Assembly (NCBI RefSeq): GCF_001194135.2
Contig: NC_068988.1
Span: 24,516,754 to 24,580,753 of the forward strand
DNA from: Octopus bimaculoides
Lineage: Eukaryota
Length of the DNA: 64,000 bases
Reading direction: 5' to 3'
The notes under the pieces are model-generated. The model was given only the letters and a program-made list of their open reading frames with translations, did not search any database and had not been told where the DNA came from. The position numbers and the translations under genes are program-made. Below, in pieces: positions 25,005 to 37,173 of the stretch. Numbering within the stretch: position 1 is the stretch's first letter; each line of letters starts with the position of its first letter.

Positions 25005-25837
25005 GAAATCTGATGGTATTATCTCTGATTTTATTTGAGACGCATTTCCTTTCTGTAGAGAATTCTATTAATGCAAAACTTCAAAAGCGATTCAAATTAA
25101 TAATGTCTAACACACGTGCACGTCCGTGAGCATACACCCCTACCCCACGCGAGCACACACACACACACACATACACACACATACACATACACACACAAGC
25201 ACCACATGTGTGCGAAACACAGGCCTACAGTCATGTGTATTACTACATGTGCATACGTAGAAACAGTGAAACTAACAGCCAGCGTCACAGATAGCAAAAT
25301 TCATTAATTCTACTGTATATATTAAGACAGATTAACTGCGTATATGATTTATTTCACTCTCCCTATCAGCTGGCGCTTGATCGCGTACCATCTTCATCCT
25401 TATTTCAAGATTAGCTTCATCAAACACTAGATTACCTACTCCAATATCTCCCTCCCAGATCCTGCTCTTAACAATGTCTAGTAATCTTTCTTGCCACAAA
25501 TGCAACGTATTGAAATACCTTCAAACTCACTTCAACCAACCAAGATGTTCCAGCAGACGCAAGATGAAGAGGTGTTTGAACTGAACGTCAATTAATCACA
25601 TAGATTTAACCAGTCAAGGAGGGACAACGTTGATAACGTGTACTGATAAACTTATATAGTTATGTATATAAAACTTGTGATATCATATCTGCATAAAGAC
25701 TTCAAAAAGCATGTTAACGCATACGTTTCTGTATGTGTGTGCATATGTGTGCGTGCGTGCGTTCGCGTGCACATACAAACATACATACACACATACATAC
25801 AGAGAAAAGGAACAATTAAGCAAATTTAATGACACAT

Positions 25838-25886
<49 letters not shown>

Positions 25887-25889
25887 CAG

Positions 25890-27425
25890 ACGGATAACTT
25901 ACTTTATTGATCACACAGGGCTGAACACAGAGGGGACAAATACAAATGTAGAGCTTTTCTTTTCGAAAATGAAAAAGTAAAAGGGGAAAAAGATTAAAAA
26001 AAAGTAAAATTCTGATCAAAAGGGATCGGGAAAAAATGGTGATCAAAAGGGATCGTGTGGACATGGAGCGGTTGCTCTATGTCCATATTGGCACATTCGG
26101 GTGGTCCAGTCGGTACCTGTCAGACAGTTGGAAACGTCTGAGCAGGTCTTTGAGGCATTTGCATCCCCTCCTATTACTATCTCTGCCCACGTAGTCTAGA
26201 TGCGTGTCCAGAGTGCGTTCCAACCCCCCACTAAAAGTAAAGGTCGAGACGTTCCCAGGAAAACCTCTAGACGTCGAAAGAAATCTGGCCAGCCTGTTAA
26301 GGACGGTGCATAAACTGTTATCAGTCGAAAAGCACACCCAATTACTGCCATCGACATCCAACACGACCAGCCTACCCTCCGGGTCTAGGAAAATTGCTCT
26401 TACTTTGAGGTCCAGGCTCTTCTGAAGAAGCACCGCGGTGCCACCTCCGCCCATTCTCGGCAGGCACGGAGAAAAATAAATGTCGAAATATCCGCCAAAC
26501 ATGTGCTGGAGTGCCCGCGGGCTGTGGAGTCTGATCTCACTGATGGCTATGATATGCAGATTTTGTGACTTGATGTCGTTTAACAGGCAGCCTTGTTTCC
26601 AAGGCGACCCCAAGCCACGTACATTTATACTGCCTATTTTGAGCGTGTTCCTATCGAAAGTTGTGTTTTACACACGAAAGGAAGACGAAAAAGAAAGAGA
26701 GAGAGAGAGTCACTTACTGTCCGAAAGTTCTTTGTTCTTCACCTCAAAGTCTTCTCCTAGAAGGTTTTTGTATAGTTTTTTTGACAGGTATGTTTTGAAA
26801 TCGCCCAACTGCATCAGGGTAGAGAGATTTCAGGGTAGAGAGATTTCAGGGTGCTCTGTGTGTTCTGTGCTATGTGTATGGCTTTAATGTGTTGTGGTGG
26901 TTTTGTGCGTGGATGATTCTTTGTTTTGGTATCAGTTTCTGTTATGTTTGACCTAATGTATTCCATTAGGTCTGGGTTGTTGGTGTTTATGGCGGTCAAC
27001 ATTGTTGTGGGGTTTGGTGTTAGTGTGTTTGTGTTGATGCTTTTGTTTTCTGCGGGTGTTTTGGTTTCGGGAGTGGTAAACCTCCCTGCTTTGTTTGCCT
27101 GCTTCTCTATTCTTTTTCCCATTTTTTTTACTTCCCCCTGTGGCCACTTGCCAATCATCTGTGTCGTCTTCATCTGATGACATGTCGGAGGAATCAGAAG
27201 GTGGGAGGGGAAGTGTATTGGGGTTTATATCTGAGTGTGTTGACTTTGTTGTTGGTGTTGGTGCTGGTTGGTGACATTTGGGGTGTGGCGTATGGTTGTG
27301 GGGGATGGGGTATGAGTCTTTTTGTTTTTTTCTTCCTCCTTTGAAGTTGTTGTTGTTGTTGGCGGTGGTGGTGGTGACGATAGTGTTGTTTCTGTTCTTG
27401 GTGGTAAATCTCTGCAGATCTCGAA
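25890..27425 (-). mobile_element. L1/Tx1-like non-LTR retroelement derivative: ORF1-like low-complexity region, APE endonuclease N-terminus, then directly a 3'UTR-like segment
   Basis: Minus strand reads LKIGSINVRGLGSPWKQG...IAISEIRL...GGGGTAVLL...DPEGRLVVLDV...LSDRYRLDHPNVPIWT*SN (about 26645-26065), an APE endonuclease. AATAAA on the minus strand at 25903-25908 is followed by a (TATC)n array; no RT domain is present. Confidence 0.75.
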
Positions 27426-27484
27426 CTAGGGTCCAACTATCAGATGCAATTTAAAACGAGACGTACACACTCATACACTCACAC

Positions 27485-27588
27485 AGAAATATAGGTGTGT
27501 ATAAGTGTATGTGTGTTTGTATGTGGGTGTATCTGTGTGCGTGCGTACGTGCGTGTGCGAGTGTGTGTGTGTGTATGTGTGTGTGTGT

Positions 27589-27619
<31 letters not shown>

Positions 27620-28059
27620 TATACGTGAAGTTTCTTCTCGGTATTCCGTTAAGAAGAAGAAAAAAAGAAGAGGAGAGGAGGAGGAGAAGAAGAAGAAGAA
27701 GAAGAAGAAGAAGAAGAAGAAGAAGAAGAAGAAGAAGAAGAAGAAGAAGAAGAAGAAGAAGAAGAAACAACAGCAACCGAATGAAGAAAGAAAAGGAACA
27801 ATAAATAGCAAAAGTAAACTGAGATAAAAATAAAAGGTGGAAAATAAAAAGGAAATGCTGGATGCGATGGTTGGAACTAAAACCAAAAAATAATCCATGG
27901 GTTATCATCTCCTACGTCTACCAGATTCCATTAGATTAGCCTTTAGAGGTTAGGTCACATCAAATCCCAAAACTAGAATACGTAGTTTCATTGTCAATTC
28001 TACGTATTCCATGTAGTCTCATGATTTCCGTTATTCAGTTGTTCTTGCTGTTGTTAGGA

Positions 28060-28119
<60 letters not shown>

Positions 28120-28280
28120 ATGTTGTTGTTGTTTTTGTTTTTGTTTGATTTTTTTCATGGCATAATCTATTTTATGAGTTATCTGTCACCAACATCGGTG
28201 TTTCGTCACGACAAATATTAATAAACTAGGCTTTCTTTACATTCTGTGTCCACACGTACAAACGCGCGCGCGCACACACA

Positions 28281-28313
<33 letters not shown>

Positions 28314-28540
28314 TGCACACACATATACGCATATATACATATACATGTATTCATATATACGCATATATATATATATGTATGCGTGTGTGTGCTTGTGTGT
28401 ATACACATATATACATACATACATATAAATACATACATATATGTATGTATATAAATATATATATATCTATGTATAAATGTGTGTATAGAGGGATTATTAT
28501 TGTTGTTGTTGTTGTTGTTGTTACTACTATTATTATTATT
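27485..28540. repeat. Microsatellite cluster ((GT)n, (GA)n, (GAA)n, (TAG)n, (CA)n, (TA)n) between the two Tx1-like elements
   Basis: Directly visible. Confidence 0.9.
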
Positions 28541-28759
28541 GTTGTTGTTCGATTATCGACACATATTGCACATCGCTCCAATAAGTTTCTCTTTATATTG
28601 CTTCACAAAGTTACATATCGCACATTTTTTATCGTTATATTAGATAAACTAACCAGGACCTTGGGAACCCAGTTAGTTTTTCTCCATCTGTAGCCCTTAA
28701 GAGCCAATTTGGGGTTTGTTTAGCGTAACAAACCCCTCAATATCTTGCTTTAAAAAAAA

Positions 28760-31072
28760 GAAAGATGATGGACGAGGATTGTTCGTCTGTTGAAAAGAAC
28801 AGCCAGTTATCCGCACAACAGAACAACTAAATTGTAAAAGCCAGTGACAGCATCAGCAGCAGTAACAACAACAACAACAACAACAGCAAGAACAGCAATA
28901 CAGCGTGTGAAATGTATGAAAGTAACTTTCTGTTGCTTTCAGCACCATCTTCACCATCGCTGGGCAACAAAAGAAACCAATGACAGAAAAAAGCAACAAC
29001 GCTAGCGAGAACACTGCGCCTCCACCATAACTGTCAGTGGCAGTAACAAACCCACCACCAACAACAACACCAACATCATTAACAAAGAAACAAGAGCAAG
29101 GGAAATTAACTATGCGGTTCCGCCGCCGCGACGCGGCGAGCTCGTGAAGACATTCTTATAAATGAAAATTAATTCAGATGTGCAAAATGCATCTTGGGGA
29201 AATGTGGTGCTGAATGTCCCTAGACCTGTTCAGCAAAACATCTATATATAAAACAATTGGAACGAAAAGTAGAAGAGTAGATGAAGCGAGACACCAGCAA
29301 ATTGAAAAATGCTTGCTACCAGATTGGAAGAGCAAAAAATATAGAATTATCGAAGTGAGCTTCGCTTCAGAGTAGAAAACCAAAAATCACTCAACAGCTA
29401 CACAAACGAGTAATGAATTGATCCTTATCCTTATTTACTTTGACAGAAGGGTAGTCAAAATAAAAACATTCAATACACCACTAGAAATCAACATCTGCTT
29501 GTTCGTGGCAGCAGCTCTCGACATAGAAGAGAAAACCACTAGTCTGCAGATACAAAAAATACAGAAGCAGAACTGGTTTCGACAGGGTGTCCAGCTATTA
29601 ATACAGGTAGATAATCCAAGCGTCGAGGCCATACCGGACTTCGTAAGCCTACCAGACGGCACAAAGCTTCACTTTGCTGTTGAGGGCAGAAAGCCGAGGT
29701 AAATCACTTCAAAGGCTTTTGCTCAGAGCGAAAGAAAACAGCACTACTGCCGACACTATCGCCACCACCACCACCACCACCACCACCACCGCAACAACAA
29801 CAATAACAGCTGAGACAGCAGCAACAACACCAACAAAGGCAGATGACCACAACATCACCAACAACAGGACCGAAACTAAAAGCTGTGAAAAGAGCAGCTA
29901 CAACATCAACAACACCACCATCAAAACAACAACCGCATCAGAATACGCCAAAACAACAACAACAGCTATCAAAAACCTCCCAAGACATACCTCTTCCCTC
30001 TTTGGACCACTCTGACATGGTCAATAATGAAGGATACGGTGACGAACCTAAATGACAAACGATTATCAAGCCCAAGGAAAGAAAGGGGAACAAAACTAGA
30101 TCAACAGAAAGAAAAAAACAACTGGAAGATACGAACAAATGGGGGAGATGCTTTTGAGCAAGAATGCTGAAACACAGCCCCCCCCCCCAATCACAGCTAC
30201 ACTGATAGTCACCATTATACACACAGTCATAGACACCACCACTGCAAGCATAACCTAATTCATTAGCACGACAGTTTGATCACAAATCCCAACACTAACA
30301 AATTTTTAACATCAACTACGTGCCATAAACACAACCAGTAAAGCTCAAATAGAATACATATACAACCATACAGACATCCCTCACAGCAATTTCATCACAT
30401 CGATAATCAACATACCTACACACATAAAAATCATACAAATAACGCAAAACACTTATAGCATTAAAAAGCAAATTTTCTAAGACAGGATATTTTACAAAAC
30501 AAAAAAAAACTTTAACAAAAGACTTTACAAAGAACTGCTCATGAAAACGCTTACATCTAACCAGAAGGACGAAACGCCTATTCCCTGCCCATCACAAAAC
30601 TACAGTAAGTATCTCTCTCCTCTTATCTGTCCATTTCGTTGTCTAACATGGCCTTGCTCGTAGGAGGCAGTATAAATGTAGGTGGTCTTGGGTCGCCTTG
30701 GAAATAGGGACACCTACACAATGATCTAAGGTCACTAAGTTTAGATGTCGTGGCTATCAGTGAGACTAGACTTTCCGACCAACGGGCTTTCGTACCCATT
30801 TTCGGTGGATATGGGATTTACTTATCTCCATGTCAACCGGAAATAGGAGGGGGTAGAACTGTGTTGTTCTGGAGAGGTATAGATCTCGTGATAAAGGTCC
30901 TTCTTCCTGGACCCAAAAAGTAAGTTGATGGTTCTGGACGTAAATAGTAGCGACGAGGGCGCTTTCAAACGTATGGCTGTTTATGCTCCGACAGGGGCAG
31001 AACAGCCGGATTTCTTCAGACGTCTGGAAGTTTTCCTGGGAACGTCTCGACCTTAAGTGCTAATGGGTCAAT
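28760..31072 (+). mobile_element. Second L1/Tx1-like element: decayed ORF1 plus APE endonuclease start, 3'-truncated
   Basis: ORF1-like IPDFVSLPDGTKLHFAVEGRKPR*NHFKGFC (degenerate CCHC knuckle) near 29630-29725. At 30660-31070 it reads GGSINVGGLGSPWK*GHLHNDLRSLSLDVVAISETRL...VYAPTGAEQPDFFRRLEVFLGTSR, homologous to the minus-strand copy at 26270-26640. The 5' boundary is uncertain. Confidence 0.7.
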
Positions 31073-32937
31073 TGTCAACAACAAAAGATGGTTTACCCTG
31101 GAAAGGACATTTAAAGTAGAATCAATTAGATTCTTTCCGTTACTACTTCGCGCACCTACTTACAAATTTTATTACATTATCACATTTTCTTTTATTAATT
31201 CGTTTTACACTATCCCATAACTATGAGAAGTCTTTTCCGCTGATGACTCTACTGTGCAGCTTGTAAGACAAATAGAAAGCTGAATCTCTTGAAATAAGCT
31301 AAGACGATGAATATTAATCAAACCCTCTCCATACCACAGTGACTCCAGTACTGTTACCACCAGCCAGAATTCAAAATGTTTGTGATGCATTGCTAACTTA
31401 CACAGAAATCTGGTTGCCTAATTTTCCACTACACTTTGAGTTTTCTTTGTTCTCGTTTGCATTTATAAGATTTAATTTGGAGGATTTGATTTTTTTCTTC
31501 GATTTTAATATCACTATTAACATTAACATTGTTAGAATTATCAGATGGGCTTTTATCGTTTTACTTCCTGTAATGAAAACTATAAAGAAAGAACGAAAGA
31601 GATAAGGAAAAGAAAACACAGAGAGAAAAACAATCAAAGAAAGACATTAATAAAAGAAAAAGAGAGCTAAAATGATTTAATTAACTTCAGCCTCCAATGA
31701 AGCGATTCCTGTTCCTTTATTGTTCTCCAGAGAAAATTCCCCCTCCTCTCGACTTAATCGTCGCTAAACCAAGTTGCATCTTGTTTGTGTTCTGTGATTC
31801 TCTTATCTCGTTAAGCTCTCCAGTATAGTTGGGCTAACCATTGTGCCATTTTAAAAATCATTACAGTAATTTACTAGCGAAATTACCAATATTTAATGGC
31901 ATTACAAGTCAGAAATAAATGTCCATTCTTGCCAGGAAATTCCGCTGTGAACTTTTACAGCCATCATATTACTCAACCACTGTTATTATTCTCCAATTTT
32001 CTCCCAAACATTATCATCGCTGCCAAACTACGACTACTGTCGCAGCTGGCTAAAATACACTTATCTATTACCATAGTTGCCGAAAAACATGTCATTACAA
32101 ACATATTTCTCTAAATAACAGATCACCACTACAAATACGTCTAGATCACGCGTTTCTTTTCCCAACATGGAGCTTCATTTTAAACTAATATCGATGTTGT
32201 TCAAATCTTAAACCCCCTAACCTATCTAAAACTATCCGTGTTTCACATAATTACAATAATTATCACTTTAACACATAACACATCATCAGTCTTACATCTG
32301 CTCAAACCCCAAAATGATTTTTATATCAATCCTGGTATTTCACCCGTAATTGCACTGCTTTCACACGCATATAATTATTTCTTACATTAGTCCTCGTATA
32401 AATAGAGGAAGAAATAATAATTTCGATGACATTCTTCTATTTCTCTGGGTTGTTAGTAATGTAAGCAAAACAGTTACTAAAGGAAACCCAAAGAAGCCAC
32501 CAAATACACTAAGTGACCATCAAAGCCACGTCATCACTAGTAAACCAGCGATAACAATGTGGCTACAAGTCTCAAATGTAAAAGAATGAAAGTATATAAC
32601 TTGATCGTTAAGGATTTCCTAAAATCATTAGTGATGGAATGCAAACGGTTAATATTAAAACTCGAAACCAGGTCACTTGCAAAGTTTTCTCCAAGAAGTT
32701 ACGATTATACAAAACAAGCACGCTTCCGAAGTTTAATATCTTAGATTGACATAAGGACATAAGATGTCAGGTTTACTGAATGCAACAAATAGACTGCTGT
32801 AGATTTTATTTATTTCTGCCAAGAACATTCGTAAAGGATTGAAGATGAGGTATTGTTATGTTTCCACGAACAGCTTGATAAAACAAGGTCAGCTATAATT
32901 TTCTATCTATTTTCTAATTTTTTAACTTCGAGATATA

Positions 32938-33990
32938 ATTTGCATTCTTCCAAGCGTTCACCTTCTTCTCTATGAATCGAGTTCTTAACTGATCATTGAC
33001 TCACCTTCATTACTCTGGGATGTTTTTTTTCAACACTAATGGCCAGGCCTACTTCTATTTACTAAAACTGCGTATGCTGTTGGTCATCTTTTACACTTCT
33101 GCTCCGTTTTAAGTAATCAAAGCCAAGTCATATGCGAAGTTTAAGTCATTGATTTGGTTGTCATCTGTACACGCAAGTCCACCATGATGGTCTAGAGACT
33201 TCATCAAAATATATACAAAGAATATGTTCCTTGGCACAGACATTAATTGTAGCGAAGATGTAGAGAGAGAAATTAATATCAAGAAGGGTATTAGGCGACG
33301 AGGTGCCAGACTCACTGGTAGCACGCCGGACAAAATGCTTAGCGGCATTTCGTTCGTCTTTACGTTCTGACTTTAAATTCTCCAGAGGTCGACTTTGCTT
33401 TTCATTACTTTCGGGGTCGATAAAATTAATACCAGTTGAATAATGGGGTTGATGTAATCGACTTATCCCTTCCTCTAAATTGCTTTCCTTGCGTCAAAAT
33501 TTGAAACCACTGTCAGGAACGGTACTGCAAGTCCCTTTCTCAAATTAAGAAGACTGTGGAAAGCTCACACGATCAATATAAGGATCAAAATCCAGCTGTT
33601 GCCAAACATCGATTTCTCTAAACTTCTCTATGGCTGTGAGTCATGACCTCTGACTAAGGCACTGCGGAGGAAATTGAACACCTTCTGGTAAAGATGCCCG
33701 AGTAATATGTATTACATTTCATAGAGAGTTGTGTCACCAGCCTGAAAGTAAGAAGAGTATCATGGCTCTGTTGCATGCAATAAGTGATCACTAGGATGAT
33801 GAAGAGGATTAGGTATGTGATCAGAATGGATCCCTCTCGACTTTCATACAAATGTCTCCAGTGGTCTCCACAGGATCCAGGAAGAAAGGGCGTCCGAAGA
33901 AGAAATGTCTGAAAGGAATGAAAGAAAATTTCGCAAGTAATGTCAAAATTTGGGATGACGCTTGAGACTTGGCAATTGAAGGAGACGATT
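32938..33990. mobile_element. RTE-clade LINE fragment with inverted 5' part, interrupted by a SINE
   Basis: Minus strand about 33215->32938: FVYILMKSLD...NDLNFAYDLALI...GERLEEC (RT core, FADD-like). Plus strand about 33218-33292 and 33513-33990: KNMFLGTDINCSEDVEREINIK/NGTASPFLKLRRLWK...LLYGCES*...RKKGRPKKK (RTE C-terminus). Confidence 0.75.
33293..33512 (+). mobile_element. SINE family A copy inserted into the RTE fragment, with degenerate 14-bp TSD
   Basis: Flanks TCAAGAAGGGTATT (33279-33292) and TCAGGAACGGTACT (33513-33526) match 11/14; removing the SINE restores the RTE reading EINIKNGTAS. Confidence 0.8.
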
Positions 33991-36900
33991 GGGAATCTCT
34001 GGAAAGGTTTAATTGACTAACAAATTAAAACTATAATTTAGTTTTAAAATTTTAACTTTAGAATTTAGTCGTATTTGTTTAAAACTTTTCTTCCAAAGTC
34101 CACCACTTATTTTTTTTTTTTTTTGTCCGAAGCCGAAAACGATCGACACCCTCTTGGTCACTAATATTTTTATAACCTTATTTACTGAAATTCGGGTACA
34201 TTTCTTCACTGTCTACAACAGCTGTATGTTGCATATTATGTTTCCTCCACTACATTTTCATTTCTAGAGAAACCGTAGCATCTTATTATCTCTGTAAAAT
34301 AACATCCGGGTGACCATAAGTTTTAATGGATTATTGGATTAAAGTCAGAGATAACATTACGTAAAAATGTTTCGTTCACATTTTGAGTCATGGACAAATC
34401 TGTTTATTTTAGGATTATCGACAGGATGTTTTTCAACCATCTGTAGGACAATTAAATAATGTGAGTATCGAATTTCTCAAGCAGCTTTGCTAGGGTTTAC
34501 TTGTTCAGCATCAATTTTAAAGTGTTCTTTTGAAAAAATGGATTCAACTATTGTAACAGTCAAATGCTAAGAGCGAATAGACAGTGAGGAAATTGTTGGG
34601 AGTGAAATAATCGAGAAAGGATTCACTGAGCAATGGACTGATTGAGCTATATTTTTAGTCCGGCATGGTGTCCGAAATCCCCCTCCACACCAGAGCGGAG
34701 GAGAAGATATTTGCTCAGAGTGATGCGCAGTGGGATTGAACTGGGAACTAAATGCTTACAAAGCGAGCCTTTTAGGTGAAGAAATCCCACTAGATGCTAA
34801 ATAACCTTACAGTGAGTTTTTATTTGCAATCGCATCTCCTTAACTCACTATACTACGTATGTGTGACTTCACTGCGTATTTATTTAGAATGCAAAACGCT
34901 CCTCTGGGATATTTTTCCTCAGCCTTTTACCCCCACAACTAATGTCGAAGGTTCTTCAAATGTCATGGTCGCTACTCTACTTCATAATTACTAAACAGTG
35001 ACAAAGCCATGTAATTCTAACCAAAATTGGTTTTACACGAAATCTGAGAGTAACAAAAGGAAATAACTCTGCCTCTAGTTTCTAGTAGTAAAGAAAAATC
35101 TCTTGATATGAAGGCAATAACAGAAGTCTTTCACAGCTATTGTAGGGAATGAGTTGTATGGAATGTATTGTGCGAGCGAAATGAGACGATTGGGCGCCGC
35201 TGTTTGGATGCAGACGATTTGGCGCAGCTAACTGGACATTCAGTCTGTTTTGACGCAAGAGGCAAACACGCGAGCGAGAGCAAGTACAAGTAGAAGCAAA
35301 CACACACACAGATAGAAAGAGTTTGAGAGGAGAGAAAGGAGAGAGAGGGAGAGATAGATGTGCAAAGACAGTTATTAATTGAACATTATTCACATAAGCA
35401 ATTTCATTTTTCTCATGCGTGTAGAGAGAAATACGTTCACACAGATGTCAGAAGAAAAGGTGACCAAATGGTTGCACTGCAACTGGGGCACATTTTGTAG
35501 CCTGGGCATGTTCAGTCAGGGTTTACGAGTAAATACTTATGTTTGTTTCCACAAGGAGGTGTGTACTAGAGTAGGAAAATTCATAGTGTAGAGTAAAGCG
35601 TTAGCGAATTGAAATAGTTTATCTAGAAATACTATATACGATTGATTCACACACAGAAGGTAATACGGATATCTAAAACAATAAACGGGTGGATCAAATT
35701 ACTTGACGCATTTAATTTCATTCTTTGTATTCTGAATTCAGACGTCACAGAGACTGACTTCGATTTTTAGACTCAATCAATACGACCTTCTACCCAACAA
35801 ATTTGTGGCCTTCCTTCAATACAAGAAATTTTTACTAATGTAAGATTAAGAAATAAAGTGGTTTGACCAAATAAAGAATGTATTCGGACAAGCGTTTCCT
35901 GTATTTAGTTGCATTAATTTGCGTTCAATTTACCTTGTCTTTGCATAATCAGTGACATTTTATGTACCAGTCACGTACGCGTTATGTGGATTATTCTTAA
36001 AATTGACAATTCTTCTCTGTTAAATTGTTCATTGAATATTACCGAAAACCATGAATCTTTGATGATGCTACAGATACACGAGGCGCATTCCAGAAGATTT
36101 TAGACTTTTATAGGAGGGATAGTTATAACTGTACTAGATTGTTATAATTTTAGGTCATCATTATTGTAGATCTACTAAAGTTGACCTGCCAGCTATTGTT
36201 ATTCCAAATTGAAGGAGAAAGCTGGTGTTGAGACGGATTTCTTCGCCACCTACAACAGCTTTATGTTGTAGATTATATTCCTTAACTATATTTTCATTTA
36301 TATTTTGTATTTCATGATTATAAATTTTCATTTATGAAGAGTTAATGACATTTTGTCGGAGCATTTACCATCCCCATTAAAAGCTTCTTATGTGTATCCT
36401 AACTGTAACACAAGAAATGAATGAAGCGACTTTCACGTCCCCACAAATATTCCAATTGTGATTCTCGTATTTGCTGGGCGCTGACAGATTTCTTACGATC
36501 TCTTAACTTTCTTTCAGACCCGTTCCAAGCTCTGTAAATATTGATTTCAAATTTTGAGGGATAAGTCGATTACATCCACCCCAATGCTTCACTGGCACTT
36601 ATTTTTATCAATGCCGAATGATAAAAGGCAAAGCAGACCTCGACAGAATTTGAACTCAGAACTGACATTGTAACGACTCTGCCTGATAGTTAACATTGGT
36701 ACAATACCACACGTTTTCAAGGAGGTGTTACAATTGATTGCACTGACTCCAGTACTTGACCGCTACTTCATTTTATTGATCCGGGACAGAGAAATGCAAA
36801 GGCGAAATCGGCGAGATTTGAACTTAGTATATTCAATTTTGTAACTAAACACAGCAAGGCATGTTGTTTGCGGTTCTTGCATTTCTAACACAAACACACT

Positions 36901-37142
36901 ACTACAAACGCACGCGCAGAAGAACCCCTGCCCACTCACACAGATGAATGTATTTATATATATATGTGTGTACGTATGTATGTTTTTATGTATGCATATA
37001 TTCATGCATATATGACATGTGTGTATATTTGCATGTACATATACTTGTACGTACGTATATATGTATGTAAGTATCTATGTATGTATATAAACATCTATCT
37101 TTTGTAGCTATGTATCTAAGCATGTATGCATGCATATATATA

Positions 37143-37173
<31 letters not shown>

